From the NCBI GenBank assembly GCA_964016885.1, contig OZ024752.1, positions 49,104,001 to 49,168,000 of the forward strand: a stretch of DNA of 64,000 nt, written 5' to 3'. The DNA comes from Eledone cirrhosa (taxonomy: Eukaryota). Made by a program: the position numbers and the translations under genes. Positions 53,477-64,000 of this stretch are shown here, piece by piece. How positions within the stretch are numbered: position 1 is the first letter of the stretch; each line of letters starts with the position of its first letter. The notes beneath the pieces were generated by a model. That model was not told the origin of the DNA. It did no database searches and worked only from the letters and a program-made list of their open reading frames with translations.

Positions 53477-54482
53477 TTGCAGCTCCTTTAATAATGACAA
53501 ATTAATTGAAAGACATAGGCTGCATATCTCGTTAGAAATGTTGTAACAAAAGAGGTTGACATGATTATTACAATAAATTTTACAATACTTGAATGTCCAG
53601 CAGTGAAGGTTTCAGTATGTCATAATTAGCAAAAGGATATTCTTTTATAAAATAGTCAAGATGAAGATCCCGAAAGGTGTTAGTATGAACGTTAAGAGAT
53701 AGAGTTTTGATATAATTCCTTCAATAACTAAGAATACAATAGAAACACTGGGTTGGAGAATAGCCAAGCTGATCAAACGGAGGCAGCTTGTCGAGAAGAT
53801 ACTGTTGCCAGAATGTATCAAAAGCTTACATGAAATGCAAGGGCTTTGATTTTACTACGATGTTACATATACATATTAAGTTATTGTTAGAACAAAAGAA
53901 CTTACTTCAGTAACTGCAGATAAGTGTCTTGATTACTCAATGGAATAAAAATTACTTAATATTTCAATCATTTTGAAGATGTAGTAAAGTATGATGAAAG
54001 TAGCTCCCATGTTTGCCATTGAAAAATGTTGGCATATTTCCATAAAAAGGAGAAAATTGAATAAAGCTTGGCAAGTGGCAAGACATTTAACTGATATAAA
54101 ATTCAGAATAATACTAGCTGAACAAATTGTCTGTACAGCAGCTAATAAAATAGTAAGTGTATTGCTACTATCTTGTAACAATAATCTTTACATTCATCCC
54201 TGTATCTATAAGAAACAATAGCAGACATCAGTTAACATTGCTTTAACTAAATGTTTTCTTTTGGCACAGTGGAATATCTTTATCAACTTAATATAGAATA
54301 TTTCATGTTAGCATGAGTAAAATAAGTTAAAATAAAAGCAATTTTATTTACTAACTTATCTATCAATTATTATTTATTTAACGCAATTTTTTATTTTTTG
54401 AATTCTTATTTTGCTTAACTGTCCAAGGTATTAATTAATGATTCAAGGCAATGAATTAGCAGATATTAGTGTGACAGATTAA

Positions 54483-54713
54483 CCCTTTAGCATTTACATT
54501 ACTCTATATATATACTATTGTATTTTTACAGAAAAGGCTTTATCCCCCATAATTATCTCACATAATATCGAATCTATGAGATTCAATATTATTGGTATTA
54601 TTTATTTTGAAAGCAATACCTTAATATAAGTATGAGTGGCCAGTTATGACCGGTTTGAACAGAAGGAGGTGATAGAATTCTGGCCAGATATGGCCGGTTT
54701 AAATGATAAAGGG
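54483..54713 (-). mobile_element. piggyBac-type MITE family 1 nested in an old SINE (~54445-54810)
   Basis: ttaa|CCCTTTAGCATTTA ... TAAATGATAAAGGG|ctaa; SINE head lies left, B-box and core lie right. Confidence 0.85.
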
Positions 54714-55624
54714 CTAAAGTCCTCTGTATTTCTGACGGCATTCTGTACTCTGAGTTGAAACACTCCTAGGGTCAACCTTCATCATTTTGGGATTAATAAA
54801 ACAAAGTACTATTCTACGGGCAGTACATTGATAGAAATGTTAAAACACTTGAGCAATGTACTTTGTGGTATTTGTTACAGGGCTTTGTGTTCCGAGTTCA
54901 AGTCACACTTCCTAGGAGGTTAGTTAAACATATGTCGGTGTTTGTCATAAAAAAAACTTAAAAAAAACTGTCTTCCTTCTTCTGAGAACAAAATAAGACA
55001 TTTGAATTATCATAATCCAATTTGAATATTGAAACCATGAGTTTATCTATTGTATTATCACAGCATAACATGACCAAAAAACTTTAAGACAAACATGAAA
55101 ATTATTGTTTTTATTCATTCATATCATGTAATTATTTTTGTGCTTCATAGCATATAAAAGCTGTGATAATCTTGTTGTCAAGCATATCTGTAAACTCTAA
55201 ATGTTCTATACTTACACACATTTTATATTGAATGTTCTTGCTTAACCACCACCATCCTCGCCCTTCCCCATTTTCACACTAAACATCTTTACAAAGTTCA
55301 ATGTAGTGTGAAGATGAATAAATTCTTTAATCGAGAAATAAATGCAAAAGCTAATGACCCTTAAGAGGTTATGAAGAAATAGTGAAGCTTGCAAATAAAT
55401 TCAAACAACATAAAACAACTGTAACAAAACAATGTCTTTACAAGCAAACAAAAACTAGCTAAGTTCATAAAATTATATATTTCAGCAAGCATTTGAGATA
55501 TTTTGAAGTTTTTTGTTGTTTTGCTTTTTTACTCTAAAGGCAGTAATGTGACCGCATTAAATAACTATGTCAAGATCAGTTCAGACAAAAATGAAGGAGA
55601 GTTTAAGAAAATGAACAATTATTT

Positions 55625-55674
<50 letters not shown>

Positions 55675-55677
<3 letters not shown>

Positions 55678-56272
55678 TCATTTAATGTCTATCTTCCACG
55701 CTAGCATGGGTTAGATGGGAGTTGTCCCACTTGAGGCAAGATTGGTCGGGTGACCGTGTCTCGCTCATATAGGACTGTTTCTGTGTGTGCGTCTGTGTGT
55801 CTGTAATAGGTTGTGTATGTGTGAGCAGGTAATTGTATGATTAAAAAAAACACCCAGACATGACACAATAGAATGACTCCAGTACAGTCAGTAAAGTGGT
55901 TGGTGATAGGAAGGGCATCTAGCCATAGAAACCCTGCCAAACAAAGGGTTGGAAGGTCCTGTTAGTTGTGTCAAAGACATAAAAACCTCCCTAGTGTTGT
56001 GTGTGTGTGTGTGTCATCATCATCATTATCCTTGTTTAATGTCTATCTTCCACGCTAGCATGGGTTAGACAGGAGTTGTCCCACTTAAGGCAAGATTGGT
56101 CGAGTGACCATGTCTTGCTCATATAGGACTATCTGGCTGGTTTTCTACAGTGAGATGCCCTTCCTAGCACCAACCACATTTACAGTGTGGACTGGGAGCT
56201 TTTTACCATGTTACCTACACGACCACATTACAGCGTGGGCTGTGTGTTTTTTTGTTATCGTGACACCTTCAC
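55675..56272. mobile_element. SINE B copies (55675-55780 and 56015-56272, minus strand) with an intervening plus-strand SINE fragment
   Basis: tttaatgtctatcttccacgctagcatgggttaga twice. Confidence 0.75.
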
Positions 56273-56396
56273 GACCTTATTAGTTTGGACTGTCGATTGA
56301 CTTTCGTCAAATCGGACCGAGGAAACAATGTTTCCATTGGTCTAAACCCCACTATGAGGCTAAAATTCCTTTAGTGAAAAAATACGGTGAAACCTT

Positions 56397-56499
<103 letters not shown>

Positions 56500-57219
56500 T
56501 ATGGACTCAGTCTCACAAATTTACTTCCAATGTATAGACAAGCTCAGGAATGAAGTGGTAGACACTTGCCTTAGATGCCACACAGTGTGACTGACCCAGA
56601 AGCCTTGTGGTTTCCAAGTAAACATCTTAACCACAGAGAACGCCTGTGATTTTTAAACGCATACACAGTGTGTTTGTTTATGTATTAGTACAAAAACACT
56701 CATAGTGAAAGTGCATAGTATCGAGTAATATATTTTTATGAGTGGTAACTGGAGATTCCAAACCATTTATAGGATTCTTATGATTCATCTGATACTAAGA
56801 CAGTGGCCACAGTCTTTCCCTCTCTATCTGGGAAATTATGGAGAATCTTTGCATCTATGTATAGACAAATATTTTACATGTTATGCCAAAGTTCATTTAT
56901 TTCTGCAAGATATGAAGTATATGAAACAGTTATATAGCTGAAATATCCAGTTACTATACTTAAATAGGCAGGTATGTGTATGTATATGCTTTTGTGTGTG
57001 TGTGAGTGTGTGTGTGTGTGTAAGTATGTGTTTGTGAGTGTGTTTGTGAGTGTGTATGTGGCTGTGTGTGCATCTATGTATGTATTAGTGTGTATGTGTT
57101 TACGTGTATATGTGTATACTCAATCAGAGTTCAGAGGAATGTAGAAATAGTACAAAGTAAAAATATAAATTGTGGCAGGATAAAATGTGAAAATGTTCGG
57201 TAAATAGAAGTTGGCCAAT

Positions 57220-57330
57220 TAATAATAATAATAATGAAATTATTGTGTACACTGCTCAGGTGCACTACAACTCATCAAAAGTGCATGTATAGTATATAGA
57301 ATAATGGACAAATGTCAGGAAAGTAAACAG
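57220..57330 (-). mobile_element. CR1-type LINE 3' UTR stub
   Basis: Homologous to 24263. Confidence 0.7.
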
Positions 57331-58669
57331 TCATGATGTACACCCAGATACATGTGTGTGTGATACACCAATGCATTATATTCATGAATATATTTTATAT
57401 ATGAAATTAGGTCCATTTCTTTATCCATATAGAGTTATGAATATGAGAAGTATTAAATAATTAGTATATTGAGGGTTGGTGAAATATGTTTCATGTCTGA
57501 ATATCAACTGCATCCAATTTGGATTCTTCCTTAAGTTAAAATTCTTTCCCTGGGATTTGAAATTCCTTTCTTTGGAAGCTGAGTGCCGCCCATTTGAGAC
57601 TCACTGTTCTAGAATATATAATATTCACTTTCCAACTGGAATGTACTTCTTTTCTATATCACATCTATATGTGAAAAATGGATTTATGTACTAATTTCTT
57701 AATAGCAAATGAAATTAATTACTTATAATCACATTCCTTTTTACACACAGTATTTAAAAACAAAACTTAGTTCATATTATGTTTATTTTCCTGGAATCTA
57801 ATCTTTAAAAATGACATTTTTATTTTATTCATTGTTAGAATTTGCATATACTATTTTCTCAATACATTAATGACTAAAATATTCCAATACATTCCTTACA
57901 TTTAAAGACAAACATTCCAGGCTTTTTACCATATCTAGTATATATTAATTTCTAATTTTCAATCAAATTAATTCATAAATACTAAGAATTTTTAGATAAT
58001 TAAAAAAAAACATACATGCTCAGTTTAATAAATTTAACTAATCTAAATGTTTTAATATATATATACTTCCTTGTTTATAGTTTTATATTTTGGTTAAGTA
58101 TTTACTCCAATATAAACTAAGATGAACAACTTTATCAGTGAATCAAAGTAAACTTATAATTTCGAAATCTTTGATTCTCATACTAAAATCTTCAATATTA
58201 ATGGTAAATCAAAGGCAAAGAAACATTTGGTCTGACCAATATTTACCATGAAAGAATTTAAACATGGAGACAGATAAATATTTCAAAATGTCTAATCGTC
58301 AAATCTGAATAATTTTACATTTAAATATATTTGTACTTGATGATTCCCTTTACGTTTAGAATTTATTACGATTCTTCACATAATTTTTTTTTTTTTACCA
58401 ACTGAATCAGTTTGTTTTATATCAAATAATCTCACTTGTAAATGAAAAGATTTTTGATATGCTCCAACCATAAGTACTAGAAAGATGCTTTTCGTCAATT
58501 CAATAGACTGGTACAAAATCATTACGTTTTACATCATAATTAATACATAAAACGGTAATTAGCATAGGTAAAATTGCATTAAAACAATTTACAAATATAA
58601 ATACAAATGCAAATGACAAAATAGAACCGCAATTTAAACAAAACACAAAGCTGAAAAAGAGTAAAAATG

Positions 58670-58766
58670 CAAGTAAAAAAAGATACAAGTAAAAATATAC
58701 AAGTAAAAATATACAAGTAAAAATATACAAGTAAAAATATACAAGTAAAAATATACAAGTAAAAAA
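58670..58766. repeat. 14-bp tandem repeat (tacaagtaaaaata) x~6
   Basis: Directly visible, about 30 nt into the intron from the FUZ donor. Confidence 0.92.
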
Positions 58767-58795
58767 TAATAATAATCAACAAAACAGGTACTTAC

Positions 58796-58917
58796 CTTTC
58801 CTGAAATACTTTCCAAAACACTTTGGAATTTTCTGTAGTAGTTGACTGTAGTTCCATATCTCGTGATGCAGCAAACATCTGAACTCCATTTAAAGTACCA
58901 ATGAGCGGAAAGGGAAG
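58796..58917 (-). CDS. FUZ: Internal coding exon of Fuzzy (FUZ, CPLANE/planar cell polarity effector), first longin domain
   Basis: Minus strand: acceptor ...gattttgtttttag| and donor GAAAG|gtaagt. 122 nt, phase 0 to phase 2, open frame LPFPLIGTLNGVQMFAASRDMELQSTTTENSKVFWKVFQE(S/R). Colinear without gaps with human FUZ LPFSVIGSLNGVHMFGQNLEVQLSSARTENTTVVWKSFHDS (recalled from memory, not searched). Confidence 0.88.
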
Positions 58918-58943
58918 CTAAAAACAAAATCAAATAAATTGAC

Positions 58944-59872
58944 TATATATATATATATATGTGTATGTATATATATATATATGATTATGTATATATATTT
59001 ATTTACATATATATATATTTATATATTTACATGTATATTTATATAAATATATTTATCTATATATATATATATTTATGTATATATATTTATGTATATATCT
59101 GTATATATATTTATGTATATATCTATATATATATCTATATATATCTATATATATATGTTTATATATCTATCTATATATATATGTATATATGTCTATATAT
59201 ATTTATGTATATATGTCTATATATATTTATGTATATTTATGTATACACATTTATATATATTTATATATACACATTTATATATATTTATGTATACACATTT
59301 ATATATATTTATATATATTTTTATATACACATTTATATATATTTATATATACATATATATATATATGGGAAACATACATACAGTTCATATATAATACACA
59401 ATAAGTATGCACTTGCATGCATATATATTCATGCATGCACACATTTGCATATTAATTGAAAGCTAAGTATATTCACTTAGGTAAATGTGCAAGGTCAGTG
59501 TTAAGATATTAATGCAATTAAAATGTATCAAACAGGAAACTGCTCAATAAACCTACGCAAGACATCTCACTTATTAGGTACATCTAGATTGATCTTCCTG
59601 TTTGATAAAGAGCGCAATTATAACATTGCCCTCACAGGCATTAAGAGAGCTTTTGATCAGCCTCAATTATCTAACAACAATCAATTTAAAAGGCCAATAA
59701 AATATCCATGTGGGTGCATATAAGAGAATGTGTATATATGCATTTATATATAAATATGTATACATATATTTGTGTGTAAGTATATGTATATATATATATA
59801 TATGCATACATATATTTGTGTGTAAGTATATGCATTTATATATAAATATGTATATATATATTTGTGTGTAAG

Positions 59873-59905
<33 letters not shown>

Positions 59906-60231
59906 GCATACATATATTTGTGTGTAAGTATATGCATTTATATATAAATATGTATATATATATTTGTGTGTAAGTATATGTATATATATATATATATATG
60001 CATACATATATTTGTGTGTAAGTATATGTATATATATATGCATACATATATGTATTCAGATGTGCATGTGTATACACATATTTGTGTGTGAGAATATATA
60101 TGAATACATATGTATGTGCATATGAATACATATTCATATACATACATGTGCCTATGAACATGTGTGTGTGTTTATACATATATATATGCATGTATGTATA
60201 AATATGTATATATATGTATATATATATATAC
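58944..60231. repeat. Two TA-rich compound repeats (58944-59367 and 59728-60231)
   Basis: Directly visible; the second has a recurring atatttgtgtgtaagtatatg unit. Confidence 0.9.
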
Positions 60232-61318
60232 AAATTTTGTTTAAAATGTGTAAATAAGCTAAAAATAAGCTAATTCTCTTAAAGTCATTATGTAAATAAA
60301 CTTCACTTTTAGATCTACATTAAATATATACATAAATCAGACATTAAAAAATTAGAGGAAAATCTAATCAACATGAAAGTGAATATATGAACAATTACAA
60401 ACATATATAATTTTAAAAGAATCTTAACATGAAAAATTACAATCAAACATTGCCTTAGGGTACTGTGTAATCTAGTATATCTAGATGAGTTCTAACCGTT
60501 TCATTTCTGAATCACTAACTTAAAACAAGGGGAACTAAATGCTACATTTCATCATGTTCTCTTATTTAATTAAAAGAAGTTTCACTTTCTTCTTTTTTTA
60601 TTAAAACATTGTTCTTTTAAGTTTTACTGCAATATTAAATTTAAAATTTATACATAACCTGTACTTCTTTTAATACCTAAACTTTACAATAAATATTCTC
60701 CAAGGTAAAAATGAAAATTCTTATTTTAATTAGCATTTAAATACACCAGAGAATAAATTAATAAAAGAAAATATAACTATTTTATAGAGTTAGAAATGGA
60801 AGAAAAACTACCCCAAAACAACAATATTTTTCGGGATTCTTAATTGTTAAAAATTTTAAATTCTTTGAATTTATAGTCATAAATTCTTAATATGCAATAA
60901 AATTAATTTCCTTTTCTTTACAAAAACTTTTGACTCATATGAGGCTAAGTCGAAGTAATCTTTAGTGCTTGAAATTCTGTGCTCATGAAATATTTCAACT
61001 AAAACTTAAAATTACTAACTTAGAATGAAATAGAAAATTTTAATTATCATGCAATACCATTTTTTTCTATATATTTACATAACCATGTTTTCAATTCAGA
61101 CTTTTGATATTCATAGTATTTTGAATGAATAAGTTTTAAAATTGAACTTTTAAACATTTGCACGCATATATATATAGAGAGAGATAGATAGATAAGTATG
61201 TATATACAAACACACACATATATATATATATACACACAGCCATGACATATGGTATTGGGCATTTTAATCCTGACAGTTCCCTTCCCTCTCTAGGTTTGAC
61301 ACCAGCTGATTTCTTCCA

Positions 61319-61346
61319 GAGAGAGACAGAGAGACAAAAAGAGAGA

Positions 61347-61401
<55 letters not shown>

Positions 61402-61402
61402 G

Positions 61403-61465
<63 letters not shown>
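61319..61465. repeat. (GA)n microsatellite
   Basis: Directly visible. Confidence 0.95.
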
Positions 61466-61466
<1 letters not shown>

Positions 61467-61774
61467 CAGAAGATAGAAGAATCAAATCCAGTTCTGGTCT
61501 GATGATAATTTATTGACACCAAAAGATGAAAGGTAAAGTTGGTCTCCATGGGATTTCAACTCTGAGTGGAGAGAGAACCAATATGAACACACTGCAAATC
61601 ACTCTACCTAACACCCTAATGACTTTTTCAATTCACTGCCTTATATACATATATACATATACACACACATGCAAACATATTGTCCAAAATACCCATTGTT
61701 TCCTAAAGTAAAATACTCAAGGGATTAAAGTTCTAGTGAATTAACATTACATCATAATTTACTTATAATAAACA

Positions 61775-62240
61775 TTTTTGATGAGCAATGTTTTTCCCCC
61801 CATTGAGAAGTATACACATAAAAGTGTTTCTCTGTTTTATCTTATGAGGCAGTGACATAATTGGTTATGGGAAATGTAGGAATTCTCCAGTTGTAAACTA
61901 ATCACATTTAGCATAAACCTCTAGAATTTGTTGATGGACATTGCAAAACATATAACTGAAGCCTTTTAAAATCAAATGTAATATTAGTGTGAGTAATGGT
62001 ATTTCTTGGGGGATAAACACACCATTTGCAGCAGCACAACCTGTCAATATTGTTGCTTCAATAAAATATAACCTCGGTTGTTTGACTACCAACTTAGTTC
62101 CGTTACACAAACATAGAGCATACGAGTTCCTATGAAGTACAATCGGGGATCTTTTGTTGAGTATGTGTCTGTGAGGTCCCTGTACCATCTCCTTACTTGC
62201 TGCCATTGGGGCAGGAGTAAGTGTTGAGAGTTGAAATGGT
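61775..62240 (-). mobile_element. Degraded Helitron RepHel (Pif1-like helicase) C-terminal fragment
   Basis: PIVLHRN...LCNGTKLVVK...IEATILTGC...VFIP..IPL, then after a frameshift CFAMSINK* ... SHNQL (helicase motifs V/VI), with stop codons. Confidence 0.8.
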
Positions 62241-62289
62241 TATTTCAAAACATATTACTTCCATGCTAATGGTTCCAGTATATTCAAAG

Positions 62290-62720
62290 ACATTCGGGTT
62301 TGATACTCAAATCTTGAGTATCTGACAAAGTGATTTTTAAGTGAAAGAATTCTGGTTGCAAGTAATGTCTGTGATGAATTGCCCATGTCTTGCTGCCATA
62401 AATGCAGATTGAGATTACCACTGCCTTGTATACAATAATTTTGGTAGATTCCTTGAGTTTCGTGACCATTTCTCCCATTAACCTATCCCAGGCTTGCCTT
62501 GTTATGAAGACTGAGATTACCACAGCCTTCTACACAACAATGTTGGTAGATTCCTTGAGTTTCGTGACCATTTCTCCCATTAACCTATCCCAGGCTTGCC
62601 TTGTTATGAAGATTGACATTACCACAGCCTTCTACACAACAATGTTGGTAGATTCCTTGAGTTTCATGACCATTGCTCCCAGTGAACCTCTGCCAGGCTT
62701 GCCTTATGTACTCATCATTC
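62290..62720 (-). mobile_element. RTE-clade LINE RT thumb-region fragment with a 102-bp x3 internal duplication
   Basis: AWDRL...KESTKIIVYKAVVISICIYGSKTWAIHHRH...EFFH matches RTE AFGRL..TKI.VY.AVV...LLYGSETW. Confidence 0.8.
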
Positions 62721-63565
62721 GATTTCTTTTATTAGTGCTATCATCATGAGATATATTACTATGGAAATGTACAAAATTTTCATTGCATGTGACTGTCTGC
62801 CTGTACTGGCGAATACACACATATATAAACACAAACACGCACATACATATATATACATATGAACTTACACATTGGTCTAAACAGGCAACATAATATAAAA
62901 CTAAATAATTATAACTGTAAAATATTCATGGAACTAAATTGTCCAACATTAGCAAGGATATTATGGATTTTTTTTCGTTTTGCAAGCATTTAACATTGAT
63001 AAAGGACATTGATAATACAATAAGGCCTTGAATGTATAATTTTAAAAATCTATATTTTTTCTCCTTTTTATTGAATTAATTTTTAATTCCCAGTAAAGTT
63101 AGTTTATATAAATATATTTATACATAAATACAATCAGACAATTGTATTGCCAAGTCATAAAACAATAGATTATTTAAACAAAAATACAAACAAAAATGAT
63201 TATACACAATCACGTTTTTTTGTTTTGTTTATTTGTATGTTTCTTTCTTTGTTTGTTTTACAAAATTTTATAGCAAATGTCATTCATAAAAATTATACCA
63301 CACTCTTTAGTTAATTTAAATATAGGTTTATTAAGTAAATGTATTTCTTTCATTTTAAGATTACTTTGTCACACATAATTATTCTTAATCATTATAATTT
63401 GAAAACATTTCATATTTCCTATTGATTTCTAGCTAGAAATGTTTCAGAAAATAATTTTCTAAAAACCATCATAGTTATAGTGTCACAGTACATAAATTAA
63501 AAGGGTGAAAAGAAATGTCCATTTGTTAGGGATGGAGAAACCTTCATTATATATGATTTATACTG

Positions 63566-63626
<61 letters not shown>

Positions 63627-64000
63627 CACATACATATATATACATACATACTTACATTTAAGTAAGTGCCGTACTAAGAGTGAGAAATGAAATTTCGTTT
63701 CATTCTATTCCATATATATATATAATGACATATGCATTCATAGATATATACATATTTTTTGTATCTCAGTGTTAGTCATCTTTTAAATTTTATATATATA
63801 TATATACATGATATATACATTCATATATATACACATATAGTTTTGTATCTCAGTGTTTGTCATTCTTTTTATTTTTTATATATATGGCTTAGTGGTTAGA
63901 GCATTGGCCTTGCAATCAAAAGGTTGCAATTGAGTCTTTTTGCATTCAAAACTTTAGTGTCAATATGATATGGAGGTAAGCAAAGATGTGAAATTAAACC

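Noticed and set aside
61898-62206. Functional Pif1 helicase gene
   Set aside because: Frameshifts and stop codons in motifs V/VI; it is a Helitron fossil.
62402-62749. 115-aa ORF with 34-aa repeats
   Set aside because: Antisense reading of a triplicated RTE LINE fragment

Overview
This is very AT-rich, microsatellite-dense animal genomic DNA. Its SINE, MITE and LINE repertoire resembles that of octopod cephalopods (inference; the species cannot be fixed). The only host coding sequence I can support is one 122-nt minus-strand exon (58796-58917) encoding LPFPLIGTLNGVQMFAASRDMELQSTTTENSKVFWKVFQE. It matches the N-terminal longin region of the planar-cell-polarity/CPLANE protein Fuzzy (FUZ). I found no other FUZ exon by eye, so the window is probably almost all FUZ intron. 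The rest is transposon debris: a young tRNA-derived SINE family with long TSDs, older SINEs, two TTAA piggyBac-type MITE families, hAT and mariner MITEs, 3' fragments of RTE/Rex3-like, CR1 and CRE-type LINEs, and a Helitron helicase fragment. The most notable patterns are: (1) four unrelated dead transposons each carrying a near-perfect internal tandem array (60, 65, 80 and 102 bp units); (2) fold-back elements embedded in (TA)n with hammerhead-ribozyme-like fragments (probably Penelope-derived); (3) a piggyBac MITE with a CTAG TSD; (4) a clean 38-bp micro-inversion in a SINE. Nearly all ORFs in the supplied track are microsatellite artefacts. I see no evidence of an intact novel multi-gene system. 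All calls were made by eye and coordinates of degraded repeats are approximate.
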